Shown here: positions 53,700 to 63,686 of the stretch, piece by piece
Numbering within the stretch: position 1 is the stretch's first letter
Layout of the letters: each line of letters starts with the position of its first letter
Source of the DNA: Flammeovirgaceae bacterium
GTDB lineage: Bacteria > Bacteroidota > Bacteroidia > Cytophagales > Cyclobacteriaceae
Length of the DNA stretch: 64,000 nt
Direction of reading: 5' to 3'
NCBI GenBank assembly: GCA_038129245.1
Contig: JAYPLE010000010.1
Coordinates: 1,521-65,520 of the forward strand
Notes under the pieces: generated by a model
Told to the model about the DNA's origin: nothing
Databases searched by the model: none
The model's input: the letters and a program-made list of their open reading frames with translations, nothing else
Program-made: the position numbers and the translations under genes

Positions 53700-54947
53700 T
53701 CAATTCTTTAAAATATTTAATCTTAATAGATTCAGTGCAGCAATTGTGCTAAACCTAATATTTAGCTTTCTATCCTTGGTAAGTTGGAGTTTTCTGGTAA
53801 CCGTTTTGTTTTTGTCCGAGTACGCAATCCAAATTGTCCCGACCGGTTTTTCTTGACTTCCTCCTCCGGGACCTGCAACTCCGCTTGTTGCTAATCCAAC
53901 GTCAACATTTAGTTTTTTTCGTATTCCCTCCGCCATTGCTGACACAACTTCCTCACTTACAGCTCCATGTTTTTCCAGCAACTGTTCCGGGACTTCCAGC
54001 TGATTGATTTTTACTTCGTTATCATAAGAAATAATTGAGCCGTGGTAGTATTCCGAACTGCCAGGAACGCTGGTTATTAAGCCTGCAAGTTGTCCACCTG
54101 TGCAACTTTCGGCAGTACCAATTGAGATATTTTGATCTCTTAGTAGTCGTCCTGTCACGGTTTCAATTTCATCTTCATCATAACCAAATACATATTTATC
54201 AATCAAAGGAAGCAACCTTTTGATCTGCTCATTGGTCTGCAGCTTCAATTTTTGTAAGTTTTCTCCGGACGAGGTCAACCTTAGTTTTACTTGACCATAA
54301 GTAGGCAGATAGGCAAGTTTCAGGTTCTCAGGAAGTTCATTTTCCCATCTTTCGATCTTTGAGGCAAGTCTAGACTCAGGTATGCCAATAGTTTTTATCA
54401 GCTTGTGATAGATGACACCGTCAACAAATCTCTCAGCAAGTGCGGGTAGAATGAATGTAGTCATCATCTGCTCCATTTCGTACGGAACTCCTGGCATCGA
54501 AACGTAAATTGTATCGTTTTCATCGAACCACATACCAGGAGCTGTACCAAGTTGATTCGTTATCTTTTTACAGTTGGAGGGGAGGTGAGCCTGTAATCTA
54601 TTCAGTTTTGTCATTTCCCGCCCGGATTTTTGGAATAGTTGTGTTACTTCAAAAAGTGCCTCGTCGTGTAGAACCAATTCACTCCCAAAGAATTCTGCCA
54701 GCAGAGGTTTTGTTAAGTCATCTTTTGTGGGTCCAAGTCCACCTGTAATCAGTACAATATCTGCCAGTTCAGTTGCTTCTTGAAAGTTTCTGAGTATTTC
54801 TTCTTTGTCATCCCCAATGGTCCGTTTCTCGATTACTTTGATGCCAATTTTATCTAGTTCTCCACTCATCCAATGTGAATTTGTATCGAGTGTTTGGCCA
54901 TATAAGATTTCATCGCCTATTGTTAGAATGAGTGCTTTAGCGCGCAT
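53700..54947 (-). CDS. cinA: competence/damage-inducible protein CinA (MoCF-binding domain + PncC-type deamidase domain)
   Basis: N-terminus ILTIGDEILYGQTLDTNS...ITGGLGPTKDD. The C-terminal domain has IGTAESCTGGQLAG. Confidence 0.9.
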   Translation of the reverse strand: MRAKALILTIGDEILYGQTLDTNSHWMSGELDKIGIKVIEKRTIGDDKEEILRNFQEATELADIVLITGGLGPTKDDLTKPLLAEFFGSELVLHDEALFEVTQLFQKSGREMTKLNRLQAHLPSNCKKITNQLGTAPGMWFDENDTIYVSMPGVPYEMEQMMTTFILPALAERFVDGVIYHKLIKTIGIPESRLASKIERWENELPENLKLAYLPTYGQVKLRLTSSGENLQKLKLQTNEQIKRLLPLIDKYVFGYDEDEIETVTGRLLRDQNISIGTAESCTGGQLAGLITSVPGSSEYYHGSIISYDNEVKINQLEVPEQLLEKHGAVSEEVVSAMAEGIRKKLNVDVGLATSGVAGPGGGSQEKPVGTIWIAYSDKNKTVTRKLQLTKDRKLNIRFSTIAALNLLRLNILKN

Positions 54948-55239
54948 TGCAGTAATACTTATTTTACGTGTAAATCAGGTAAATGCCTGTTAGTTCAATA
55001 TATGTATGCGCAAAATATAGATGAATATGTACATAGATGAATAGTATTCAACTAAACTCTCGACATATATGATCTTAATCAGCAAATAATGAGCATTTGA
55101 CTACAGCTGCCGCCATTATTTTTGGTATGAAAATTCGTGTAAAAGAGTTACAGCGTCTGCCAGGTTCGGTAGGAAGTATGCGATTTTAGCCATTTTAAAA
55201 ACTGAGTGTTTAGTTCTACGGATTAATTAAAATTGTAGT

Positions 55240-55806
55240 ATGCTATCAACATTTCAGAAGGAAAAACTAACTCATTACTTCAGAATCTTGGATTATGACA
55301 ATAACGAAGTCATCGAAAAAGGGGATTTTACTGCAATCGCAGAAAACCTGTGTGTGCTTTTAAATTTTAAAGAAGATTCAGAGGATTATGATCGTTACAT
55401 GCAGTTGCTCGGGGATAATTGGGCAGTTTTTAGAAAGGCAGTAGGAAAGGAAGATAAGGAGCAGGCGACCTTGGAAGAGTGGTTGGAGTTTGCTGGCTCT
55501 CATCTTGTAAATGGATCCGATGCCTTTTTTGATGATTATGTAAAACAAACTACAAGGGAGATTTTTGAATGTTTCGACGTGAATAATGACAAATACATTG
55601 CACTTGATGAATACATTGATCTATTCATGGCTTATCATATTCCGGTGAGACATTCCGCCAAAAGCTACATTAAACTCGATTTAAATCAAGATGACTTACT
55701 AAGTCTTGAGGAGCTTTTGAAAGCCGTCGATGAGTTTTTCCGAAGCGATGATAAAGATGCTCCAGGAAACTGGTTATTTGGATTTTGGGATGGAATTAAA
55801 GCTTAG
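55240..55806 (+). CDS. EF-hand calcium-binding protein (calerythrin / sarcoplasmic-CaBP-like)
   Basis: 188 aa, cytoplasmic. EF loops DYDNNEVIEKGD, DVNNDKYIALDE and DLNQDDLLSLEE (DxNxD..E spacing). Confidence 0.7.
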   Translation: MLSTFQKEKLTHYFRILDYDNNEVIEKGDFTAIAENLCVLLNFKEDSEDYDRYMQLLGDNWAVFRKAVGKEDKEQATLEEWLEFAGSHLVNGSDAFFDDYVKQTTREIFECFDVNNDKYIALDEYIDLFMAYHIPVRHSAKSYIKLDLNQDDLLSLEELLKAVDEFFRSDDKDAPGNWLFGFWDGIKA

Positions 55807-56634
55807 CTAAGGTGTGAATAAAAAATCAATATCTGCTCTTTTTCTTCCTATGTATTGATCCACTGAAGCAAAAATCTTTGTGGGTTTCTGAATTTTTTGG
55901 ATTAGAGGTAATTCTCTATTCAACATAACGATGAGCTGATCCAGCTCAGAATCATCTAAACTATACCTATTTTTTAATAGATCCCTTGTCTGCTTTAACG
56001 CCATCAGCTTAGCAAAGCTGAGCGTTTCATAAGTGCTTAAATAGGCTTCCTCTGCTTTTCTTTTTTCTCGTTCTTCTTTTGTGAAATAGGTAAAGGGTCC
56101 GTGCAGTGTAATGGATGGCGATAAGATGGGAACTGTTATGCCTGCTATTTCCATTTTATCTATCAATTTGAATGTCACGTCACCCGGTTGAATGTTCTTT
56201 TGATTTTTTGTTTCGGGTAAGGGTCCCATTCGAAAGCTTGGTAAGATTGGCTTTTTAGGAACTTTATATTTTGGATTTGAAAATACCCATATTGAAGGTA
56301 GCTCTATATAATCAGGTTGCAATGTGATGTTTACTTCCCTGTCTAACATTTCTTCTGTCATAACCAAAACGAGCTTTTTATAACCAATGAACGATAGCCG
56401 AACACTATCACCGACTTCTGCTTGAATACTAAAAAAACCGTTACTACCGGATACAGTACCGACAGACTGTACCAAGTTGATTAAATGCGTAAAGGGCAAT
56501 GATACTTTTTGATCGTCAAATGTGTAACCTTCAAAACGTCGCTGGGCTTGGACGATTGTTATAGACGCTGCAAATAGGGCAAAAAGGACCCAAATTTTAG
56601 TATGACCTAGTAAGTAGAACATGTAGACAAGCAA
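55807..56634 (-). CDS. carboxypeptidase-regulatory-like domain protein
   Basis: Signal/TM N-terminus. GTVSGSNGFFSIQAEVGDSVRLSFIGYKKLVL fits the CarboxypepD_reg-like beta-sandwich. The rest is unrecognised. Confidence 0.55.
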   Translation of the reverse strand: MLVYMFYLLGHTKIWVLFALFAASITIVQAQRRFEGYTFDDQKVSLPFTHLINLVQSVGTVSGSNGFFSIQAEVGDSVRLSFIGYKKLVLVMTEEMLDREVNITLQPDYIELPSIWVFSNPKYKVPKKPILPSFRMGPLPETKNQKNIQPGDVTFKLIDKMEIAGITVPILSPSITLHGPFTYFTKEEREKRKAEEAYLSTYETLSFAKLMALKQTRDLLKNRYSLDDSELDQLIVMLNRELPLIQKIQKPTKIFASVDQYIGRKRADIDFLFTP

Positions 56635-56737
56635 ACTTACATCTTACGTTAATTTCGATAGAATTTCTGAAGTGAAGAATTGTTAATTAGAAGGACTTTT
56701 ATGTGTTAAAAGCATTTAGGATTGCGAAATGGGATGT

Positions 56738-57286
56738 CTAGTTCCAAGCAGGTTCTAGTTTTTCAGTGATTATTTGCATTTTTCTATCAGAATATTGGCC
56801 GCTGGTAGTGTAGATGACCTTACCATTTGGATTCAGAATATAAAAGTAGGGTAGCTCCTTACCTTCGAAGTCTAATGTTCGCTTATACTCTTTCATGGTT
56901 CCTTTGTAAAAAAGTACGTAAGGTCTCAGTCTTGGATCAATATCTTCACTGACCTTCTGCATTACTTTTTCATAGGCAGGTCTTTTTGCCCCTGTGAACA
57001 TTGGTACAAAAAATACATTCACGTCGTAGTTGCCTGCAAAGAGCGAGTTCCCGTCTGGTTTGAAAATAAAGCTTTGATATATGGGGTTAAACCATCCATT
57101 CAAGAACTTCTCTGACTTCTTTGAAAAAGCCAGACCAATTAAGGTATATTTTCCATTCACATCCTCGGGCAACGTTACAAATTCACGGGTTAGACTTTCA
57201 CCTTCCAAGAGAGGAAACTGTATGTCTATTTGGGCGGTAACGACATACGAAAAAAACAATGCAACAGTTAGGAATAGGTATTTCAT
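56738..57286 (-). CDS. secreted protein of unknown function
   Basis: 182 aa with a signal peptide (LFLTVALFFSYVVTAQ). No motif recognised. Confidence 0.5.
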   Translation of the reverse strand: MKYLFLTVALFFSYVVTAQIDIQFPLLEGESLTREFVTLPEDVNGKYTLIGLAFSKKSEKFLNGWFNPIYQSFIFKPDGNSLFAGNYDVNVFFVPMFTGAKRPAYEKVMQKVSEDIDPRLRPYVLFYKGTMKEYKRTLDFEGKELPYFYILNPNGKVIYTTSGQYSDRKMQIITEKLEPAWN

Positions 57287-57578
57287 AGTATTGCTAGTAG
57301 TGGATAGATTAAAACTACCACTTTCTAACTAGTAATTTTTGATAACATCTTAAATCCTGGGAAGAAATGCTGATGCAAACCTTGATCCTACACTGTATAA
57401 ACTGCAAAAGGTTTGGGAATACTATTCATAAAAAGGTGACTAAATTCTGGTTTTGAGTTTTCAAAATCATTGAAGAGAGCCATTCATAGTAGTTGCTAAG
57501 CATCTGATACTATTCGGGTTCTTTTTGAGGACAAACACTAGATAATCAGTGGAGGGAATTAAATCGACGTGAACCGCA

Positions 57579-58721
57579 CTATTTGGCTGCTTTTAGTACA
57601 AGAGATACCATCTCTCCTATTTTTGATGGTTGAAGCCAACGGGTTACGATTACCATATCTTGGGCTGGGATAATGACGATAAAATTACCACCGAAGCCGG
57701 CTGCATAGAAAATGTCTTCATCCTCCACTTGTTTCCATTTCCGAGGGCCTTTGTTTAACCACCACATGTAGCCGTAGCTCTCGTTCGCTTCTGACGAAGT
57801 TGTAGCCTTGTCAATCCAATCTTTAGATATTATTTGCTGATCTCTCCATTTTCCATCATTAAGAAACAGAAGACCAAATCTTGCATGATCTAGTGTGTTA
57901 ATAAAAATACCACCACCGGAATGCCCTCCGCCTGTGACTGACTTGAGTCGCTGGCCGTCAACAATCGTCCAAGCGTCTTTATAACCGAACCACCGCCAAG
58001 TTGTAGAGGCTCCAATGGGCTCCATGATATTTTCTTTTAATACTACCGGGAGGGGTTTTCTCCATACTTGAAGTAATGAATATGCCAAAACATTTACCCG
58101 CACATCGTTATACTCCATTACAGTACCAGGAGCATTGGGGGTTGCAAATTTCCAATCGTCAACCGTACCCTTTCGAGGGGGACGATCCCCCCAATCTTTT
58201 AGGCCAAATAATGTACCGGACCAGGCAGAAGATTGATTTAGTAAATGATGCCAGGTAATAGATTCGTTATGGAGGCCGTCAAATGTGCCATCCCATACAT
58301 AATTGATAAGTTTATCTTGGGTACTTATAAAGCCTCTGTCCTGGGCTAAGCCAGCAATGGTAGATAAGTAACTTTTTGTCACGCTGAATGTCATATCAAC
58401 GCGATCGATATCACCCCAACTTGCTGCTATGTACCCATTTTTTATGATCAAACCCGCCGGTCCTCCTCTTTTTTTGGTTGGCCCAAGGATTTCGTGATAA
58501 GGTTCTCTTGCAAAACCCTCTAGTATGGCAATGCGCAAGTCTCTACTACCACTATATTCGTTGGCTTCAGCAAATTCAACTGCTTTCAGAAGTGGTTGTG
58601 ATTTTAAGTTTAATTCAATTGGTTCTTTTTGTTCCCAAACATCTCTGCCGGGGAAATATGACTGTGCATTTAGCTGAACCAAGAAGAGCGATACAAACAG
58701 GTAGAGTGGAAGTTTTTTCAT
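57579..58721 (-). CDS. serine hydrolase (beta-lactamase / PBP-like family)
   Basis: Signal peptide and SxxK motif FSVTKSYLSTIAGLA. Length and overall pattern are typical of class-C-like serine hydrolases. Confidence 0.75.
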   Translation of the reverse strand: MKKLPLYLFVSLFLVQLNAQSYFPGRDVWEQKEPIELNLKSQPLLKAVEFAEANEYSGSRDLRIAILEGFAREPYHEILGPTKKRGGPAGLIIKNGYIAASWGDIDRVDMTFSVTKSYLSTIAGLAQDRGFISTQDKLINYVWDGTFDGLHNESITWHHLLNQSSAWSGTLFGLKDWGDRPPRKGTVDDWKFATPNAPGTVMEYNDVRVNVLAYSLLQVWRKPLPVVLKENIMEPIGASTTWRWFGYKDAWTIVDGQRLKSVTGGGHSGGGIFINTLDHARFGLLFLNDGKWRDQQIISKDWIDKATTSSEANESYGYMWWLNKGPRKWKQVEDEDIFYAAGFGGNFIVIIPAQDMVIVTRWLQPSKIGEMVSLVLKAAK

Positions 58722-58758
58722 TTTTTTCGTATTGTTTGATAATGCTACAGAGGTCCTC

Positions 58759-61700
58759 TCACTTTTTGGTAGACTTAATTCCTTTAAATGATATTATTAG
58801 TCCATTTTGTGTTTCAATCTCCAGGAAAAAAAGACCCTGTGGTAATGGGGTAAGATCAACCTTATTTAAATCAAAAGAAACAGTATGCTGTTTACCGGTC
58901 AGATCATATGCTTGAATGGATTTGATCTTAAGTCGATGCTGGTATAATAGATAATCAGAAGATGGAGTAGGAAATAATAAGGTTTCACCCTGAGAATCTA
59001 GGTTGAGAGGTTCAATATATTCCTCTAGTACTGAAACGAGCATGCTATCCGTGTAGGTGCAGCCAGCAGCATGCCAACCTTCAGCAACAATCTGGTAAAC
59101 TCCCGGTGTAGTAAAAAATAATGTAGGAGTCAGCGTTATCGCTTGTTGAACACTGTCAATGTACCAAATCACACGTTCACTTTCTTCGCTTACTTCAAAA
59201 CTGATACTTCTATTAAGGTTCAGATAGATGCTGTCCTGACTAGATAGTATTTCAAACTGATAGTCGATAGGAGATATTTCCACCGGTACGGGTGCACTTG
59301 GAAGTAAACTGTCAAGTCCTACCACGAACAAAGTTATTTTTGACGTTAGGCTGTCAATACGGTAGGAGGTGCCTTTATGTAGTGGTTGACTGAGTAATGA
59401 ATCCAGGTAGAATCCGAAAGCATTACCGTCTTCAGGGCTAATGACTACATCTTCTCCATTACATACTTCAAACGATGGAATAGTAGGTGCAGACGAGGAG
59501 GTGAGCTGCAAAGTACTATCTCCAACTACGACGCAACTAGAGTCAGTTATTACTTCATAATGAAGGACGAGTGAATCACTAAGTAGTGGAAAATCTACTG
59601 GATTTTCAAAGCTGGACATTGTATCCAGATTCCATAGGACATTTGAAATGAATTCCTGTTCAAAAGTAAAGCTTGCCCAAAACCCTTGAAGTGAATCAAG
59701 GTTTGAAGTAATTTTCAAATCAAGCGCAGTGGGATTTTCAGTTAAAAGAACTTTTACTTTCTTACTTTCAATACCATTAACTTTTCTCGAGATAAAAAGT
59801 ACTGTATCGCTTGTGAGCGGGGCAGAATGAAACGAGTTACCTACAAAAAATGCCTGGAGACTAGATTCGAAAGGGTAAATTAGTATGGTATCAGTGAGTT
59901 CAATTAAGATGGAATCCCCTGGGCAAAAACCTATTATTGATAATTCCGGTGGCGAGGGCCGTTCAAGTACAGTAAGGGATTTGGTCTTCTGATCACTACA
60001 ACCTTGAATATTTTCAATGGTGAGCGTTATATCGAACCTTCCCGTGTCAGCAAAAATCGGTGATGGGTTCTGAATACCGGTAGCAATGCTTCCTCCTCCA
60101 AAATCCCAGCTCCAGGAAATAGGGTCTACGCTTAAATCAGTAATTTCAACGCGGTTTTGCGGATGATCACCTAAGAATATAGTATCGCTAGGAAACCTAA
60201 AATCAGCAATATTATCAAAGAGTTTGATCTGAATACCTTTGATTGTTTCACTCACTCCCTTGGTATTGATTTTTGAAAGGTAAATGATCGAATCTGAGGT
60301 AATGTTTTTTATGCGAATACTGTCATTGAAGGCTAGGGTATCAGCTCCTAAAGGATCTGAAAAGAAATAAAAATCAAAGCCTTTCTCAGGTACCAGGTCA
60401 TATGCTCCCTCGACACAGGCAAAAATTAGGGAATCTATAAGTGGTTCTTCCTTAAAAGCAGTTAATCTGTAAGCTGCCAATTTCAGCTGTTGCAATATGT
60501 GTTCTAGGGAATCACCAGCCCCAAGCACTAGCTGGAATTCTTGCGATGAATTTGGGTTCAGTGAGGGAAAATATGCTCCTCCAATCATGGCAGCATTTAC
60601 TACGGAATCAAATCCTACAGAATCTTGAGTTGATAATATTAGATTCTGCTTATCCGATTTTTGAAGGGTATCAGAAAGGGAGGATACATCAATCAAAGAA
60701 AAGAAGGAATTGTCAGCGGCTAAGTGAATTCCTTGATGAACTTGAAGAGAGTCAAAAATGATTGCAATCGAGTCTGCATAGACAGCTCCTGAACTGGCAG
60801 CAGTGGCCTGTGTATCAAAATCCACGAAAATACCGGAGCGCAAGTTTAGGAGTGTATCTTCAGACTGATTTGAAATCCGATAACTTATTCCAAGAGCGCT
60901 ACCAGGCAAACTGTCCCAGAGCACAGCATAGGATTCTATCAGTAGGTTTGAAGCAGAATCTTCGAAGACTGAGAAGTAGTAAGCTTTAGCATCTGCGTTA
61001 GAATACGGTTTCAGGATTTCTTTTGATACGAAGTCGTTTTCTACCTTACCCGAACTAATTACATAAGGGAGGTTATCATATAGTGTAGAATCATTGAAGT
61101 GAATAAAAAAGCCAATATCTTGGGTCAAGTTAGATTGGTATTTAAATCCCTGGCCGTCGAAATAGCCATCTGGTTTGTAGCCTAGGTTCCCATCATCTAC
61201 AATCGTTAGGCTTATTGAATCATTTGATAAGGTTTGATGGTTCGAAGAGGTTTCAAAATCTATTACATGGTAGCTCTCGTGTCTATTCTCATCGGTAAGT
61301 TTTATAAATACCGATAGAGGTGTGGAGGCGGGTGTGTTTTTTGCCAGTCTAAAGCTAAAAGGGCCATTTGCTATTTTGCTTCCGTTTTCTAGGTAACCTA
61401 TTGTGTAAGACGAATCGATAGGAATGACGTAATCTGAACTGCTACCGAGGGACGCCTCAAGCAAGAATACAGCACTCTCTTGATTTTGAATGGTCAAATA
61501 TATGCTTACTGTATCCTCGAAGAACAGTTCACCGTTTGTTTGAAAGATACTGTCTACCGTAACATTCAGTTGAGTAAATTTTTGCTGAGTTAATGCTCTG
61601 AAAGCATTTAGTCTGCCTGTTCCAAGTTTTCCCGTGTAGCCTTTGTTTCCAGGCAGGTCATATATAGGGTCTGCGGATAGCTTGATCCTTTCCGCTACTT

Positions 61701-62871
61701 CGAGTGCGGTTAATTCAGGATACTGACCTCTAACAAGAGCACCAACACCTGCCACCAATGGTGAAGCATAGGAGGATCCATTATCGATTCCATAACCGTC
61801 ACCATTTACTGTCGAATAGATACCAACTCCTGGCGCAGCAATATCTATATTTGAATTGTAAGTGCTGAAGCTTGCCTTTTCGTCGTTTTCGTTTAAGGCA
61901 GCAACGGAAAGTACATTATCATAAGAAGCGGGGAAGAAAAAGACATCATCATCTGTATTCCCGCCAGCGGCAACGATTAGCACGTCTTTTTCAATGGCCG
62001 CATAGTTGATGATGTCCTGATTGAATTGTGAGTAACTTCCAATACTTCCCCATGAAAGGTTGATCACACCATAGCCGTTGTCTGCAGCATATTGAATCGA
62101 CTCATAGCTGCCGGCACTCTGATTGTTAATAGATGAAAATATTTTCAAAGGGATAATGCTGGTATTGTATCCGACTCCGGCTATTCCTATTTGATTATTT
62201 GTAGCAGCTCCAACAAGACCTGCAACGCGCGTGCCGTGTGGATCACTATCTGCAGAGGGGTCGTTATCATTGTTCGCAAAGTCGTAGCCTCTAAAATCAT
62301 CAATATACCCATTTCCATCAGTATCTTCACCGTTTTCTGTTTCCGCAGAATTAACTGCGTACTTAGTCACTAAATCCTCATGGTTTAGATCAGAGCCGGT
62401 ATCTATAATACCCACGATTATCGATGGGTTACCCGTGTAGTCATCCCATGCATCATAGGCTTGAATTTTAGAGAGATAGTATTGATCTCCTCCTATGCTT
62501 GCGGCAGGATCATTTGGCGTTAATAGTAGTTTTTCTTTAAATATTGGTTCCGCGTATTCGACACTTCCCGAAGCATTCAATGAATCACACACTTTCCATA
62601 TATCTGTGTCCGGCGAGACAGAAACGATGTAGATTCGATCCAATATACTAGGGGTATTTCGTGCCATGCTTGAGTTTGCGCGAAGTGGACGACTGCTAGA
62701 TTGGCCTAAGTTATAACCTAAGGACTGCTGCAGAGCGGAAACATCCGCATTGACTTTCCACTTTACAACAAATTGATCTTTTCTGATTGAATGTGAACGA
62801 TCGGTGAGTTCCTGCGAATAGCTTAAAATGGCTAAGAAGAAGAAATTTACTAGTAACCCATTCCTGATCAT
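58759..62871 (-). CDS. giant secreted S8 (subtilisin-like) peptidase with PKD-like domain and T9SS C-terminal sorting domain
   Basis: Catalytic triad contexts VGIIDTGSD, DPHGTRVAGLVGA and NGSSYASPLVAGV. PKD-like SWSWDFGGGSIATGIQNPSPIFADTGRFDITLTIEN. The C-terminal ~75 aa (LLFPTPSSDYL...GLFFLEIETQNG) are Por_Secre_tail-like. ATG 62871 (MIRNGLLVNFFFLAILSYSQ) is preferred to ORF-track 63030. Confidence 0.85.
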   Translation of the reverse strand: MIRNGLLVNFFFLAILSYSQELTDRSHSIRKDQFVVKWKVNADVSALQQSLGYNLGQSSSRPLRANSSMARNTPSILDRIYIVSVSPDTDIWKVCDSLNASGSVEYAEPIFKEKLLLTPNDPAASIGGDQYYLSKIQAYDAWDDYTGNPSIIVGIIDTGSDLNHEDLVTKYAVNSAETENGEDTDGNGYIDDFRGYDFANNDNDPSADSDPHGTRVAGLVGAATNNQIGIAGVGYNTSIIPLKIFSSINNQSAGSYESIQYAADNGYGVINLSWGSIGSYSQFNQDIINYAAIEKDVLIVAAGGNTDDDVFFFPASYDNVLSVAALNENDEKASFSTYNSNIDIAAPGVGIYSTVNGDGYGIDNGSSYASPLVAGVGALVRGQYPELTALEVAERIKLSADPIYDLPGNKGYTGKLGTGRLNAFRALTQQKFTQLNVTVDSIFQTNGELFFEDTVSIYLTIQNQESAVFLLEASLGSSSDYVIPIDSSYTIGYLENGSKIANGPFSFRLAKNTPASTPLSVFIKLTDENRHESYHVIDFETSSNHQTLSNDSISLTIVDDGNLGYKPDGYFDGQGFKYQSNLTQDIGFFIHFNDSTLYDNLPYVISSGKVENDFVSKEILKPYSNADAKAYYFSVFEDSASNLLIESYAVLWDSLPGSALGISYRISNQSEDTLLNLRSGIFVDFDTQATAASSGAVYADSIAIIFDSLQVHQGIHLAADNSFFSLIDVSSLSDTLQKSDKQNLILSTQDSVGFDSVVNAAMIGGAYFPSLNPNSSQEFQLVLGAGDSLEHILQQLKLAAYRLTAFKEEPLIDSLIFACVEGAYDLVPEKGFDFYFFSDPLGADTLAFNDSIRIKNITSDSIIYLSKINTKGVSETIKGIQIKLFDNIADFRFPSDTIFLGDHPQNRVEITDLSVDPISWSWDFGGGSIATGIQNPSPIFADTGRFDITLTIENIQGCSDQKTKSLTVLERPSPPELSIIGFCPGDSILIELTDTILIYPFESSLQAFFVGNSFHSAPLTSDTVLFISRKVNGIESKKVKVLLTENPTALDLKITSNLDSLQGFWASFTFEQEFISNVLWNLDTMSSFENPVDFPLLSDSLVLHYEVITDSSCVVVGDSTLQLTSSSAPTIPSFEVCNGEDVVISPEDGNAFGFYLDSLLSQPLHKGTSYRIDSLTSKITLFVVGLDSLLPSAPVPVEISPIDYQFEILSSQDSIYLNLNRSISFEVSEESERVIWYIDSVQQAITLTPTLFFTTPGVYQIVAEGWHAAGCTYTDSMLVSVLEEYIEPLNLDSQGETLLFPTPSSDYLLYQHRLKIKSIQAYDLTGKQHTVSFDLNKVDLTPLPQGLFFLEIETQNGLIISFKGIKSTKK

Positions 62872-62885
62872 TCTACGAGGTGGAA

Positions 62886-63686
62886 TTAAGTAACGGCCAT
62901 TTTTCTTACAATTCGGGAAAAGAGGCCAGGCAAAAATCGTTTTAAATAGATACCAGCCACTTCTTTCAACCCGCCGATGTAGATTTCCTCGGATTCCTTT
63001 TCTACTGCTTTTATAATTTGACTTGCGCATTCATCGGCAGTCATACCGTTAGCTTGCGCATGATCCATGGTGCCCTGCTGTGACCCGTTCCCCGTTAAAG
63101 CATTGATCGATATGTTTGTGCGAATAAATCCTGGAAGAGCAATGGTTACTTTTAATCCATCTGAATGATGTTCCGCTCGAAAAGCGTCGTAAAAGCCGTG
63201 AAGCGCATGCTTACTTGCAGCATAGGAAGATCGGAGGGGTGTACTGATGATACCCACGGCTGAAGTAATGACAACATGATGTCCTTTTCCAAGCTCGATC
63301 ATTTTTGGAGTCAAAGCCTTTGATAATGCGATCGTACCGAAGTAGTTGATCTCCATCAAGCGTCGGTCCACCTCGAGGGAGGTGTTGATGGCTTTGTCAC
63401 GTTGACTGATACCGCCATTATTTATCAGCACATCAATTTTTCCATGGATGGATTCTGCTTCTTTTGCTTTCAAAGGTAAAGCGTCAGCATCGGCTAAGTC
63501 AAGCCTTAGGATGGAGATATTTTCTGGGTACATACTGGCATTCTTCACTCGCTCCAGCTCTTCTTTTCTTCTTGCAGAAATGATAACTTTTGCACCTTTA
63601 GCAACCACTTTGTTTGTAATAGCTTCACCGATACCTGAACTGGCGCCTGTTATCCAAATCACCGTATCCCTACTAATTTTGGTCAT
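62886..63686 (-). CDS. SDR-family oxidoreductase
   Basis: TGASSGIGEA (TGxxxGxG), NNGG and YAASKHAL (YxxxK). Confidence 0.9.
   Translation of the reverse strand: MTKISRDTVIWITGASSGIGEAITNKVVAKGAKVIISARRKEELERVKNASMYPENISILRLDLADADALPLKAKEAESIHGKIDVLINNGGISQRDKAINTSLEVDRRLMEINYFGTIALSKALTPKMIELGKGHHVVITSAVGIISTPLRSSYAASKHALHGFYDAFRAEHHSDGLKVTIALPGFIRTNISINALTGNGSQQGTMDHAQANGMTADECASQIIKAVEKESEEIYIGGLKEVAGIYLKRFLPGLFSRIVRKMAVT

Noticed and set aside
57367-57456. 29-codon plus-strand ORF (MLMQTLILHCINCKRFGNTIHKKVTKFWF) with a CxxC pair, and an 8-bp stem (57376-57383 with 57408-57415), in the 292-bp gap upstream of the secreted 182-aa gene.
   Set aside because: The ORF is short, has no promoter or terminator signals, and lies opposite to both flanking genes. 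The stem has a 24-nt loop and no T tract. This is not enough to call a feature.
62872-63030. N-terminal 53-codon extension of the S8 protease ORF overlapping the SDR gene.
   Set aside because: The extension is Arg/Lys-rich with no signal peptide and overlaps 145 nt of a well-supported gene. ATG 62871 gives a canonical signal peptide.
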